From an uncultured Desulfarculus sp. (lineage in GTDB: Bacteria > Desulfobacterota > Desulfarculia > Desulfarculales > Desulfarculaceae): a DNA stretch of 64,000 nt. The position numbers and the translations under genes were made by a program. A model generated the notes under the pieces. That model saw only the letters and a list, made by a program, of their open reading frames with translations, had not been told where the DNA came from and did no database searches. The stretch lies in the NCBI GenBank assembly GCA_963665125.2, contig CAXXUK010000002.1, positions 288,001 to 352,000 on the forward strand, read 5' to 3'. Below are positions 19,609 through 30,324 of this stretch, in pieces. The first letter of the stretch is position 1. Each line of letters starts with the position of its first letter.

Positions 19609-19638
19609 AAAAAAGTCCGGGAAATCCCGGACTTTTTT
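19609..19638. terminator. Bidirectional-type Rho-independent terminator
   Basis: AAAAAAGTCCGGGA-AA-TCCCGGACTTTTTT perfect inverted repeat downstream of the TAXI gene. Confidence 0.75.
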
Positions 19639-19657
19639 GTGGTGTGCGATCCGCCTG

Positions 19658-20650
19658 CTAAAGGCCTTTTTGCTTGATGACTTTTTTGACCTGCGGGTGG
19701 ATGGGGGCGCACAGCGTTGTCTGCATTATATTGGGGTTTATACCGTACATGGCAAAATGCAGATCCGGCAGCATGACCCAATTGCCGTACAATTCCTCGC
19801 CGATTGCCGCCGCCACGCTGTCGGGCAGGGTGTTGTTGGCCACCAACACGGCCCGCACGCCGAGGGTAGGTAGAAAGTCTTTGGGGAATTTGGCGTTTTT
19901 ATAGTGTTTGGACGGAACCATGACTTCGATGTAATAGGGCAGCCCCGCTTTAACGGCAACTGCGCGCTTTAAACCTATGAAGCACATGGGCACTGTATTG
20001 CTGATCCGGTATAACAGCAAATTGGGGTGGGCAATGGTCATGAAAAACGCATCTACTTCACCTCTCACAAACTTTTCAGCCACATCGTCCGGCGATGGAC
20101 ACTCGACAACGGTCAAGTCCTTGAGGGAAAGCCCGTACATTTTTACTACATCGATGGCGTTGCCCCTGGTGCCTGATCCCTTGCAACCGATAGCCACCCT
20201 CTTTCCCTTGAGGTCTTTTGGGGTTTGGATTTTGGATTCCACCGAGCAGATCAGGTTTACGGATTCGCCCATCAGAGAGGCAATGGAAGACAAATTCTTG
20301 CAGCCCCCCGCGCTGCACCATTGCCCCGTGCCTTTGTAGGCCTTGCAGGCGATGTCGCTTTGAACCAGAGCCAAAGCGAACTTGCCGTCCCTGAGGCCTT
20401 GCAGGTTTTCCGCCGAGCCTTTGGTGCTGACCACTTTTATGAAGTATCCCTTGCCTGCCAAGTCCTTGTTCAGCTTTTCGGCCAAGGCCTGGCCCAGGTT
20501 GTAGTACACGCCGTTTTCGCTGCCCGTGCCCATAAGCAATGTTTTTGATCCACCGGCCCAGCCCACCGGCGTGGTTGCGGCGGAAAAAGAAAGCAACAGG
20601 CAAGCTGCGATTAGAAATAAAGTGGCTCGTATACGGCGACGGGATATCAT
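19658..20650 (-). CDS. TAXI-family TRAP solute-binding protein
   Basis: Signal peptide; MGTGSENGVYY, STKGSAENL, LVQSD, GSGT motifs. Confidence 0.9.
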   Translation of the reverse strand: MISRRRIRATLFLIAACLLLSFSAATTPVGWAGGSKTLLMGTGSENGVYYNLGQALAEKLNKDLAGKGYFIKVVSTKGSAENLQGLRDGKFALALVQSDIACKAYKGTGQWCSAGGCKNLSSIASLMGESVNLICSVESKIQTPKDLKGKRVAIGCKGSGTRGNAIDVVKMYGLSLKDLTVVECPSPDDVAEKFVRGEVDAFFMTIAHPNLLLYRISNTVPMCFIGLKRAVAVKAGLPYYIEVMVPSKHYKNAKFPKDFLPTLGVRAVLVANNTLPDSVAAAIGEELYGNWVMLPDLHFAMYGINPNIMQTTLCAPIHPQVKKVIKQKGL

Positions 20651-20809
20651 GGTCCACTTCCCCTTAAAATATTGGTAATTATTCCGATAGACTAGATGGG
20701 CTGGCTTATTCATAATGCGGTGAGCACTGAAAAAAGTCAATGAGGCACAAATGTTATATGTGTGAAAAAGCGCCGGGCCGTAAAGGTCCTGCATCTGGCG
20801 TAGTCTTGA

Positions 20810-21790
20810 TTATCGGCCCCCGGCCTTTAAATATTTCCGAACCGCAGGCAGCAGGGGAGCGCATAGGGGTTGCTTCATCTTTTGCGGGTTCAGGCCGGAA
20901 AGGGCGGCATTGAGCTTGCCCAGGTTCCGCCAATCGCCGTATATCAGGCCAATGACGGCCTGGGCCACCGGTTCGGGCAGGTCCTTGTTGGCCATCAGAA
21001 CGGCCCGCACGCCCATGGTCGGTAAAAAGTCTTTGGGGAATTCCACCTTGGGATAATACATCGGCGCGAAATCGGCATCCGCGTAATAAGGCAGACCCGC
21101 TTTTTGGGCGTCGGCGGTTTTCAGGCTGATAAAACGGATGGGGACCCGGTCAAAGCTGACTCGGTGGATCAATTCGCAGGGATGTCCGATGGTGATGAAA
21201 AACGCATCAAGCTTACCCTTCATCAGCTTATCGGCTGCGGTGTGCAAAAGGGATTCATCGGCCAAGGCAAGGTCCGTGACCTTTACCCCATAAATGCCCA
21301 GCACGTCCAAGGCGTTTTGGCGTATGCCCGAGCCCCGCGCGCCGATGCCCACCCGCTTGTCCTTGAGGTCGGCAACCGAGTGTATGGAGCTGGCCGCGGC
21401 GCAGACCAGGCTGACGGCCTCGGATTGCAGTCCGGCAATGGAACGAATATTGTTTTGGGGACCCGCGTTCTTCCATTGGCCCGTGCCGTCCCAGGCCCGG
21501 CAGGCCACATCGGACTGCACCAGGCCCAGGCCGAATTGCCCGGCCTGAATGTTTTGGACATTTTCCGCCGAACCAGCCGTGGATATGGCCTTGATTTCAT
21601 AGCCCTGTTTGGCCAGCTTCGGGTTGAGGCGCCGGGCAATGGTCTGGCCCAGGGCATAGTAGACCCCGGCGGGGCCGCCGGTGCCCATGGTGACGGCCTT
21701 CAGGCCGTCCGCGGCGGCATGACCGCCGGAGCATAGGGCCAAACCCAGAATCAATGTAGATATTGCAGTAAATACTTTAATTATACGCAA
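20810..21790 (-). CDS. TAXI-family TRAP solute-binding protein (paralog)
   Basis: MGTGGPAGVYY, STAGSAENV, LVQSD; shares FPKDFLPTxGVRAVL with its neighbour. Confidence 0.9.
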   Translation of the reverse strand: MRIIKVFTAISTLILGLALCSGGHAAADGLKAVTMGTGGPAGVYYALGQTIARRLNPKLAKQGYEIKAISTAGSAENVQNIQAGQFGLGLVQSDVACRAWDGTGQWKNAGPQNNIRSIAGLQSEAVSLVCAAASSIHSVADLKDKRVGIGARGSGIRQNALDVLGIYGVKVTDLALADESLLHTAADKLMKGKLDAFFITIGHPCELIHRVSFDRVPIRFISLKTADAQKAGLPYYADADFAPMYYPKVEFPKDFLPTMGVRAVLMANKDLPEPVAQAVIGLIYGDWRNLGKLNAALSGLNPQKMKQPLCAPLLPAVRKYLKAGGR

Positions 21791-21817
21791 TGGCTTGCCT
21801 TCTCGCTGTCATGCGGC

Positions 21818-23119
21818 TCAGTCCATGAGTACGCGCTCGGCCAGGGCCTCTTCTTCTTCGCCGTGCTTGATCGCATCGGCTCCGGCCCGGCCTGGTAGGA
21901 CCAAATTCAGGATCACGCCCAGGATGCCGGCCAGGCCTATGCCGCCCAGCTTGAATTGGCCGATGGGCAGGGCCATGCCGCCCACGCCGAAAATGACGAT
22001 AAGCGCCACGATGGTCAGGTTGCGCGGGTGCATCAGGTCATGGCCCGCCAGGACCAGGATGTTGATGCCCACCACCATGATCGCGCCAAACAAGAGTAGC
22101 ATGATGCCGCCCATGACCGGCGCCGGGATGGTTTGCAAAAACGCGCCCAGCTTGCCCACGAAGCCCAGGGCGATGGCCACGATGGCCGCCCAGGTCATCA
22201 CCGCCGGGTTGAAGGCCTTGGTCAGGGCCACCGCGCCGGTCACCTCGGAGTATGTCGTGTTGGGCGGACCGCCCAGAAACGCCGCCAAGGTGGTGGCCAG
22301 GCCGTCGCCGAGCATGGTGTTTTTGATGCCCGGGTCTTCGACATAGTTTTTACCGGTGATGCCGCTGATGGCCAGCACATCGCCGAAGTGCTCGATGGCC
22401 GGGGCGATGGCTATGGGCACGATGTAGAGGATGGCCGACAGGTTCCATTCCGGGGCCACGAAATTGGGCCAGGCGAACCAGGCCGCCTTGGCCAGGTTGC
22501 CGTAGTCTACTATGCCCATCAGCAGGCTGACGCCGTAGCCCACGGCGATGCCGCAGAGGATGGGCACCAGCTTGAGCCAGCCCCTGCCCAAAAGCGAGAC
22601 GAACACCGTCACGGCCAGGGCCGACATGGAGGCGATGAGGGCCTGGGATTGCGGATACAAGACGGCGGAGGCGTCGCCGGTCTTGCCCAGGGCCATGTTC
22701 ACGGCGATGGGCGCCAGGATCAGGCCGATGACCATGATCACCGGGCCGGTGACCACCGGCGGCAGGATGCGGTGCAGGATCTGGGTGCCGCCCAGGCGCA
22801 CCACGAAGCTCAGCACCACATAGACCAGACCGGCGGCGGCCAGGCCGCAAAGCGTGGCGGGCAGGCCCCATGTCTGGGTGCCGTAGGCAATGGGCGCGAT
22901 AAAAGCGAAGGAACTGGCCAGGAAGATGGGCACCTTGCCCCTGGTGATGATCTGAAATACCAGGGTGCCCAGACCGGCCGTCAACAGAGCCACGTTGGGG
23001 TCCAGGCCCGTGAGCAGAGGCACCAGCACCAGCGCGCCAAAGGCCACGAAAAGCATCTGCGCGCCCAACAACGCCCCCTTGGGCGAGAATTTGTATTCCG
23101 GGGTCTGGAGATCACTCAT
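21818..23119 (-). CDS. uraA: Uracil permease (NCS2)
   Basis: QMLFVAFGA, EHFGD, GPPNTTYSE motifs; adjacent to upp. Confidence 0.93.
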   Translation of the reverse strand: MSDLQTPEYKFSPKGALLGAQMLFVAFGALVLVPLLTGLDPNVALLTAGLGTLVFQIITRGKVPIFLASSFAFIAPIAYGTQTWGLPATLCGLAAAGLVYVVLSFVVRLGGTQILHRILPPVVTGPVIMVIGLILAPIAVNMALGKTGDASAVLYPQSQALIASMSALAVTVFVSLLGRGWLKLVPILCGIAVGYGVSLLMGIVDYGNLAKAAWFAWPNFVAPEWNLSAILYIVPIAIAPAIEHFGDVLAISGITGKNYVEDPGIKNTMLGDGLATTLAAFLGGPPNTTYSEVTGAVALTKAFNPAVMTWAAIVAIALGFVGKLGAFLQTIPAPVMGGIMLLLFGAIMVVGINILVLAGHDLMHPRNLTIVALIVIFGVGGMALPIGQFKLGGIGLAGILGVILNLVLPGRAGADAIKHGEEEEALAERVLMD

Positions 23120-23196
23120 ACGCGGCTCCTTTGCTATTTATTGGCGCCAAGCCGAAGTTTCAAAGGGGGCAGGAGCCCCAAGCGAAACAGTATCTA

Positions 23197-23823
23197 TTAT
23201 TTAGTCCCAAAAATCTTGTCGCCCGCATCGCCCAGGCCGGGCAGGATGTAGCCGTTTTCATTGAGGCGATCATCCACCGAGGCGGTGTATATGTCCACGT
23301 CCGGGTGGGCGGCCTTCAGCTTGGCGATGCCCTCGGGCGCGGCCACCAGGAAAATACCCCGAATGGTGTTGCAGCCGGCCTTTTTTAATAGATCGACGGT
23401 GGCCACCAGGGTGCCGCCCGTGGCCAGCATGGGGTCCAGGATGATGGCCATGCGCTCTTCGAGCTGGTTGGCCAGCTTCACGTAATACTGCACGGGCTCC
23501 AGGGTCAGTTCGTTGCGGAAAAAGCCCACCACGCTGACCTTGGCGCCGGGCACCATGTCCAAAACGCCGTCCAAGAGGCCGATGCCCGCCCGAAGGATGG
23601 GCACCACGGTGATTTTCTTGCCCTTGATCTCCTCGACCTCCACCGGCCCGGCCCAGCCCTTGATCACCTTCAGCTCGGTGGTCAGGTCCTTGGTGGCTTC
23701 GTAGGTGAGCAGGCGAGAGATTTCCGTGGCAAGCTGGCGGAAACTGGCCGTGCTCAGGTTTTCCTTGCGCAGGATGCCCAGCTTGTGCTGGACCAGGGGA
23801 TGATGAACAACATGTACGGCCAC
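23197..23823 (-). CDS. upp: Uracil phosphoribosyltransferase
   Basis: [33 protein letters not shown] motifs. Confidence 0.98.
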   Translation of the reverse strand: MAVHVVHHPLVQHKLGILRKENLSTASFRQLATEISRLLTYEATKDLTTELKVIKGWAGPVEVEEIKGKKITVVPILRAGIGLLDGVLDMVPGAKVSVVGFFRNELTLEPVQYYVKLANQLEERMAIILDPMLATGGTLVATVDLLKKAGCNTIRGIFLVAAPEGIAKLKAAHPDVDIYTASVDDRLNENGYILPGLGDAGDKIFGTK

Positions 23824-24029
23824 GATGATCCTCCTTGGGCCGCCGGGACAGGCGGATTATTTTCGGCTGGGGTCCATGCTGTTTTACTGGGCCGGGCGAA
23901 AGCGGGTCAACCACAAAGTGAAATTGTGCAACGATTGGCCGACCGGAGTCCGCGGATAGACCTTGCTTGGGTGGTGGTTTTTGGGCGATTGTAGGGCCTG
24001 CATATCATTTTTCCTTGCAGGGGGGGAGC

Positions 24030-25616
24030 ATGCCTTGTTGTAAAGCCGAAGAGTTTGGTCATTGGTGCGACGGGTACGAGACCTTTGAGTATGAAGGTAA
24101 GGAGTATTGTATTTTTCATGCTCCTGCCGAAGCGCCGGAGAAGCAGGATGTTAAGGCGTTTAATGAAGAGGTTTTTAAGAGGATAAAAGAATGTGAAAAC
24201 AGTGAGCGATTTATCGATTTTAGCGGTTCTATATTTCCAGGAGAGATAAATATATATTTGTTTTTTATTCCTAAAAATTTCGTCCCATATAAAATGCGTT
24301 TTTATAAAACAATATTTAATGGTGACGCAAGGTTTTCTAAGATCAAATTCAATGATGATGTTGAATTCGAGAATGCGATTTTTAATGGAAAAACATATTT
24401 TGAAGGGTCGAAATTTATAGGCAGAGCAAACTTCAAAAAAACTGTGTTCTATGGAGAAGTTAGTTTTCACTCAGCACATTTCGAAAAGATACATTGTTTT
24501 CTTAGGTACGGAGGAATACTGCCTGGAGTTGACTTTGTGGATACACTGTTTGAGGCAGAAGCAAGCTTCGTAAATACTGTTTTTGAACACTACGTTATAT
24601 TCGAATCAGAGTTCAAAGGACTTGCAACATTTCGCAGTACTGAATTCCGTGGATATGGTAGCTTTTTTAAATCTTTATTTGGTAACGATGTTGAATTTAG
24701 GGAAGTATTATTCAATGGTGGTGTAGGTTTTATCGATGTACATTTCTGTGGAGATGCGATTTTTAACAATATCGGTGGTGCTAATATAGATTTCTATAAA
24801 ACAGTATTTGAACAGAATACCGTTTTCAACGAAGTAACCTTCGAAGCTGTTACTTTTGGAAAAGTATATTTTGCCAAAATAACTAAATTTTTCAAAACTG
24901 TGTTTCAATCTGGTACATTTGACCAGTGTTCTACGGGTGATATGATCGAATTTGATCAGGCAAATTTATTCCGCCTTTCCTTGCTTAATGCTCCCTTGGA
25001 AAAAATGCGCTTTATCGACTGCAAGTGGCCTAAATACGATGGACGAAGTGTGATTTATGACTCTCGTATCGCTCCTGTTGGGTTCCAAACCCCGTCGAAA
25101 TATGATGGCCAATTTCTGATTGGCAACATCCTTAGCCCGGAACCTTTTAGGGAGGGATATCCCGCTCCATCACCCGGACGCCTTGCCGACGTATTCCGCC
25201 GCCTTAAGAAGATTGCCGCCGATGCCCGCGACGAACCGCTGGCCTCGGATTGGCACTACGCCGAAAAGGAAATGCAGCGCCGGGCGGCCAAGAAAAATAA
25301 TTTATGGTTCTATTTCGGACTCACGGCCTACAAATGGGCCAGTGGATACGGTGAAGCGCCTTTAAGAGCGGCAGTGTGCCTGGCAATTCTCCTTTTAATA
25401 CCCTGGCTGGCCAGCCTCCTGCCGCCTGATTGGGGCTGGGCCTCCTACCTGGCCAGCGCGTTCAGCGATCCGAAGTTGTGCATTCCGCAAACAGATATGG
25501 AGCCAACAAAGGCTTTGGGCTACTGGCATTATCTGGGTTTGAAGGGCTACCAAGTTTTGGTCTTGGTCCAAGCAGGTCTATTCGGCTTCGCCACCCGCAA
25601 CAAGATGCGCCGCTAG
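24030..25616 (+). CDS. Pentapeptide-like repeat protein with C-terminal membrane segment
   Basis: CIFH motif, many F-x4 repeats, SGYGExPLR followed by hydrophobic helices; AT-rich interior. Confidence 0.78.
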   Translation: MPCCKAEEFGHWCDGYETFEYEGKEYCIFHAPAEAPEKQDVKAFNEEVFKRIKECENSERFIDFSGSIFPGEINIYLFFIPKNFVPYKMRFYKTIFNGDARFSKIKFNDDVEFENAIFNGKTYFEGSKFIGRANFKKTVFYGEVSFHSAHFEKIHCFLRYGGILPGVDFVDTLFEAEASFVNTVFEHYVIFESEFKGLATFRSTEFRGYGSFFKSLFGNDVEFREVLFNGGVGFIDVHFCGDAIFNNIGGANIDFYKTVFEQNTVFNEVTFEAVTFGKVYFAKITKFFKTVFQSGTFDQCSTGDMIEFDQANLFRLSLLNAPLEKMRFIDCKWPKYDGRSVIYDSRIAPVGFQTPSKYDGQFLIGNILSPEPFREGYPAPSPGRLADVFRRLKKIAADARDEPLASDWHYAEKEMQRRAAKKNNLWFYFGLTAYKWASGYGEAPLRAAVCLAILLLIPWLASLLPPDWGWASYLASAFSDPKLCIPQTDMEPTKALGYWHYLGLKGYQVLVLVQAGLFGFATRNKMRR

Positions 25617-25686
25617 ATAAAACAAGCCGCGCCCCGGCCGGGTTGCCAGGGTGCGGCTGTTGCAGTCGCTTGTATGGGCGGCGGGC

Positions 25687-25893
25687 TTATTCGGCCTGCT
25701 GCTTTTTCTTTTTCTTGATCTGCGTCACGCCCAGGCCCAATACCGCCGCGCCGCCGATAACGAATATGCCCAGGATGGCCTTGAAATCGCTCCAGCGGAA
25801 AAACAGCGGTGAATCGTAGCCCAGGGCGGGCATGCTGAACAGCCAGACAAAGCCGAGAACAATGATAATGATACCGGCAACAACCAGTTTCAT
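25687..25893 (-). CDS. Small 2-TM membrane protein
   Basis: AGGA RBS, two hydrophobic helices, Lys-rich tail. Confidence 0.65.
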   Translation of the reverse strand: MKLVVAGIIIIVLGFVWLFSMPALGYDSPLFFRWSDFKAILGIFVIGGAAVLGLGVTQIKKKKKQQAE

Positions 25894-26082
25894 GTCGTGT
25901 TCCTTTCCGGCAGGAGCCGCCGATATGCCGACCCACACCCCAAAAAAATAATATCAATAGGTAGGACAGCTAGTCCGCATTATGGGGCTGATAGTCAGAA
26001 AACAAAAGCAGATTGTGCAAAAAACCGGGCGGCCCGGCATATTGCCAAGCCGCCCGTGAGGGAGAGAACACAAAAGCGGCGC

Positions 26083-29000
26083 TTAGGCCGGGTTTGTCTT
26101 TATGCGGAAGAACAGCGTATAGAATACGGGCACCACGATGAGCGTCAGCACCGTGGCAAAGGCCAGGCCGAACATGATCGTCACGGCCATGGAGCTGAAC
26201 ATCGGCTCGGTTGCCAGGGGGATCATGCCCAGGATGGTGGTGCCCGAGGCCATGATCACCGGCCGCATGCGGCTGATGGACGAATCGATGACCGCCTGCA
26301 AAGGCGCCTTGCCCTCCTTGATCTCCAGGTCGATCTGATCCAGCAAGACCACCGCGTTTTTGATCATCATGCCGATGAGGCTGTAGGCCCCCAGGATGGC
26401 CAAGAAGCCGAAGGGCTGGTTGGTGATGAGCAGCCCGGCACTCATGCCCACGGTGGCCAGGGGTATGGTCAGGATGATGATCAGGGGCTGGCGTATGGCG
26501 TTGAAGAGCATCACCAGGATCAACAGCATCAGGAACAGGGACAGGGGCAAATAGGTGTTGACGCCCGCGTTGCCCCGGTCGCTCAACTCCTTTTCGCCCT
26601 CCCATTCCAGGGTGTAGCCCTGGGGCAGGGGGATGGCCTCGACCTGGGCCTGGATCTTGTTCAGCAGCGCGCCCGAGGTCAGGCCCGCCAGGGGGTCGCA
26701 CTGGGCCCGGATCACCCGCCTGCGGTTGTAGCGCCGCACGATGGGGTCTTCCCAGCTCAGTGATTCGGCGGCCGTGACCTGGCCCACGGTGGTGGCGCTT
26801 TGGCCCTGGCCCCACACCGGAGAGGTGCGCAGTCCCTCGGGCCCGGTGTCCTTCATATGGACCTTCACCGGGATCAGCTCGTCGTATTCCCGGAACTGGG
26901 TCACGACAATGCCGTCGGTGAGGCCTTGCAGGGCGTTGGACAGGTCCTGGCGCTCGACCCCGGCGATGCGGCCCCGCTGCTGGGAATAGTCGGCATTATA
27001 GACCAGCACCCTGTTTTTCCAGTCGTCGGTGATGCTTTTGGCCATGCCGCTCTGGCGCATGATGTCCTTGGCCTTGTCGGCCAGATCCCGCAGCACGGCC
27101 GGGTCCGGGCCGCTGAAACGGGCCTCCACCCGGTAGTCGGCCTTGGGCCCGGAGATGTACTTGGTCAGGTGGGCCTCGCCCTGGGGCAGGTTTTCGCCGA
27201 ACCACTGTTCCAGATTGGCGATCAGCCCGTCGATATCCCGGAAGTCGTGGACATTGACCACGATCTGACCAAAGGCCGTGTTGTCCGGTTCGGGGGTGAT
27301 GCTGGCGGCGAACCGCGCCGGGCTGGTGCCGATGGTGGTGGCGTAGTTCTTGATCTGGGGCAGGGTGGCCAGATATTTTTCGACCTTGCGCAGGTCGGCG
27401 TCGGTGGCCTGGATGCGGCTGCCCTCGGGCAGGAGGTAGTCGATGAAGAACTGGGCCTTGTCCGAGTCGGCGAAGAAGTTCTTGTTGACGAACTGGAACC
27501 CGGCCACGCCCGCGGCCAGCATGACGGTCATCACCAACAGGGTCAACAGACGATGGCGCAGGGTGGCCAGCAACATGCCCTTGTACAGGCGGTAGAACCT
27601 GCCGTCAAAGGGGTCCTTGTCCGCGCCGCCGCCCTTGACCTTGAGCATGTAATGGCTGAATACCGGTGTCTGGCTCATGGATAGGACCCAGCTGGCCATC
27701 AGGGCGATGGCCACCACCTGAAACATGCTCGCGCAGAATTCGCCGGTGTTGGTGGGGGCCAGATAGATGGGCATGAAGGCCAGGGCCGCGATGACCGTGG
27801 CGCCCAACAGCGGCAGAGACGTCTGCTTGGCGGGCAGGGATATGGCCTGCTCCCGGGGCTCGCCCTTTTTCAGGCGCACCAGGGCCCCGTCGGCCACCAC
27901 AATGGCGTTGTCGACGATCATGCCCATGACAAGGATCAGGGCGGCCAGGGAGATCTTTTGCAGGTCAATGCCAAAAGTGAGCATGACGATCAGCGTGGCC
28001 ATGATCGACAGGATCAGGTTGGCGCTGATGACCAGGCCGCTGCGCAGGCCCATGGAGAGGAGCAGCACGGCCAGGACGATTCCCACCGACTCGCCGAGGT
28101 TGATCAAAAAGTCGGCAATGGCTCCCTTGACGAATTCCGATTGGTAATATACGCCATCGATCTCCAGGCCGATGGGCAGACGCTGCATTATTGCATCAAT
28201 GCGCTTTTGCACGGCCTCGCCCATTGTTACGACATTGGCCCCGTTGGCGGCGGCGATGGCCAGGCCGATGGCCGGTTTGCCGTTGAAGCGCATCATCGGC
28301 TCGGGTGGCTCGTAGTAGCCCCGGCTCACCTTGGCCAGTTCCTCCAGGCGCACCTGGCGGCCGCCGGGCCGGGAAACGATGAGCTTGCCTATCTCCCTGG
28401 CCGTGTCAAAGGAGCCGTGCTCGGCTATGCGGATGCGCAGGTTGCCGCTCTCCACGGCCCCGGACCAAAGCATTATGTTCTGGGCCTGGAGGGCCTGGAC
28501 AATGGCTGCGGGGGCGATGCCCATGCCGGCGCATTTGGCCCGTGAAATATCGATGTTGATGGTCTCGGTGCGCACGCCGTAGAGGTTGATGCGCTTGACG
28601 TCGGGCACCAGCACGAGTTCGCGTTTGAGATAGTCGGCGTAGTTTTTTAATTCGGCCTGGCTGAAGCCGTCGCCGGTGAGGGCCAGGAAGATGCCGAATA
28701 CATCGCCGTAGTCGTCGCGCACGATGGATGGTCCCGCACCGGGCGGCAGGTCGGCCTGGGCCTGGCTGACCCTGCGCCGCAGGATATCCCAAAGCTGCTG
28801 GATCTTGTCTGAGAAGTTGTACTCATACATGTCCACCCAGATGATGGACAGCCCTGCGGTGGACAGGGACCGGATTTTTTCCACCTCGTCGGCGGTCTGA
28901 ACGGCCCGCTCCACCACCCTGGTCACCTGCTGATCCACCTCGTGGGCCGATGCTCCGGGATAGCTGGTGATGACCATGGCCGTCTTGATGGTGAAGGTGG

Positions 29001-29112
29001 GGTCCTCCAGCTTGCCCATTTTGGAATAGGCCCAGAAGCCTCCGGCAATGAGGCAGACCATCATGAACATAATGGTGGTCTTGTTGCGCAGGGAAAAGTC
29101 TACGATGTTCAT
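26083..29112 (-). CDS. RND efflux permease (AcrB/AcrD/AcrF family)
   Basis: 1009 aa; EDPTFT, GMIVDNAIVV, KNAVVL, RMRPVIM motifs. Confidence 0.95.
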   Translation of the reverse strand: MNIVDFSLRNKTTIMFMMVCLIAGGFWAYSKMGKLEDPTFTIKTAMVITSYPGASAHEVDQQVTRVVERAVQTADEVEKIRSLSTAGLSIIWVDMYEYNFSDKIQQLWDILRRRVSQAQADLPPGAGPSIVRDDYGDVFGIFLALTGDGFSQAELKNYADYLKRELVLVPDVKRINLYGVRTETINIDISRAKCAGMGIAPAAIVQALQAQNIMLWSGAVESGNLRIRIAEHGSFDTAREIGKLIVSRPGGRQVRLEELAKVSRGYYEPPEPMMRFNGKPAIGLAIAAANGANVVTMGEAVQKRIDAIMQRLPIGLEIDGVYYQSEFVKGAIADFLINLGESVGIVLAVLLLSMGLRSGLVISANLILSIMATLIVMLTFGIDLQKISLAALILVMGMIVDNAIVVADGALVRLKKGEPREQAISLPAKQTSLPLLGATVIAALAFMPIYLAPTNTGEFCASMFQVVAIALMASWVLSMSQTPVFSHYMLKVKGGGADKDPFDGRFYRLYKGMLLATLRHRLLTLLVMTVMLAAGVAGFQFVNKNFFADSDKAQFFIDYLLPEGSRIQATDADLRKVEKYLATLPQIKNYATTIGTSPARFAASITPEPDNTAFGQIVVNVHDFRDIDGLIANLEQWFGENLPQGEAHLTKYISGPKADYRVEARFSGPDPAVLRDLADKAKDIMRQSGMAKSITDDWKNRVLVYNADYSQQRGRIAGVERQDLSNALQGLTDGIVVTQFREYDELIPVKVHMKDTGPEGLRTSPVWGQGQSATTVGQVTAAESLSWEDPIVRRYNRRRVIRAQCDPLAGLTSGALLNKIQAQVEAIPLPQGYTLEWEGEKELSDRGNAGVNTYLPLSLFLMLLILVMLFNAIRQPLIIILTIPLATVGMSAGLLITNQPFGFLAILGAYSLIGMMIKNAVVLLDQIDLEIKEGKAPLQAVIDSSISRMRPVIMASGTTILGMIPLATEPMFSSMAVTIMFGLAFATVLTLIVVPVFYTLFFRIKTNPA

Positions 29113-29127
29113 TTTGCCAACCTGCCG

Positions 29128-30279
29128 CTACATTTCCACGCCGATATTGGTTTTGGCGGCCTTGTCCAACAAACGGACCACCATATCCGGGCGCAGGCTG
29201 CCAACTCCGGCGGTTACGATCCACTGGCCGTCGGTGAGGGAGCCCTTGATTTCCGCGCCGGCGTCCCGCAGGCCCATAAGCTTGACCGGCACTTGGCTGA
29301 GCCTCCCGCTGTTTTCGTCAACGACCCAGACAATGGTCTCCTGGGCCTTTTTGTTGGCCAGGGCCGTAAGAGGCACCACATAGCTTCCCGAGTCATCGGA
29401 ATCGCTAAGGCCCACCGTTACCTCCGCCGACATGCCCGGCCTGACCAGGGAAACGGCGCTTTTGTCCAGGCTGAGAATAAGCGGATAGGTGCGGCTGGCC
29501 GCGTTGGCCTTCTGCCCCACTTCCTTGAGCGCGGCCTTGAAGCTGCGCCCCGGCAGGGCGTCGAATACACAGTTGAAAGAGGCGAAATCATTGGTCAGGG
29601 GCATGAGGTCTTCGGACAGGGCCAGGTTGACCTCCATGGCGGTGATGTCCACCAGGGAAACGATGGGCTGGCCCTGCTGCACCTTTTCGTGGTTGTCGAC
29701 GAACCTTTCGTCGATCACGCCGGAAAACGGGGCCTTGAGCACCGTGTCGGCCAAGGCGTTTTTGGCGTCTTCGAGGGCCTTGGCGTCGCTTTGGTGCTGG
29801 GCCGAGGCTACTTCAAAGGAGGCCTTGACCCGGTCGTATTCGGCTTGGGCCACGGCCTTTGTCTTGATCAGCTTGGCGTAGCGGTCGTATTGCAGCTTGG
29901 CTTCGGCCAACTGGGCCGAGGATGAGTTGAGCTTTGCCTTGCTTGTGTTTACCCGGATCTGAAAGTCTCGGGGGTCGATCTCGGCCACCACCTGGCCCTT
30001 TTCAACATAGGCTCCAGTGTCCACGCGCAAGGTGATCAGCGGCCCCCCCACCCTGAACGACAGGTTCGTATCGCGCACCGCTTTGGCCACACCGGGCAGG
30101 TTCAGCTTGCGGTTGGCGGCGGGGCTGCTTAATTGGATCGCCTTGACGGGTCGTAGAACGGCTTCGGCGGGCTTTTGCTTGGCGTCGCTGGGTCCGCAGC
30201 CGGACGCCAGCCCAATGGTTGCCAGTATGCCGCAGATCGCCATGATCAGCTTGAATGCAAACTTGATTTTAATCTTCAT
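29128..30279 (-). CDS. RND periplasmic adaptor (MFP) lipoprotein
   Basis: LASGC lipobox, LSFRVGG, LKAPFSG, RPGMSA motifs. Confidence 0.93.
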   Translation of the reverse strand: MKIKIKFAFKLIMAICGILATIGLASGCGPSDAKQKPAEAVLRPVKAIQLSSPAANRKLNLPGVAKAVRDTNLSFRVGGPLITLRVDTGAYVEKGQVVAEIDPRDFQIRVNTSKAKLNSSSAQLAEAKLQYDRYAKLIKTKAVAQAEYDRVKASFEVASAQHQSDAKALEDAKNALADTVLKAPFSGVIDERFVDNHEKVQQGQPIVSLVDITAMEVNLALSEDLMPLTNDFASFNCVFDALPGRSFKAALKEVGQKANAASRTYPLILSLDKSAVSLVRPGMSAEVTVGLSDSDDSGSYVVPLTALANKKAQETIVWVVDENSGRLSQVPVKLMGLRDAGAEIKGSLTDGQWIVTAGVGSLRPDMVVRLLDKAAKTNIGVEM

Positions 30280-30324
30280 TTTCTTTACTTTATCCTCTTG
30301 TATCCACAATCGAAAGACCTTGGC

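Noticed and set aside
23120..23196. PyrR-type attenuator between upp and uraA
   Set aside because: No PyrR-binding consensus or U-tailed terminator recognisable.
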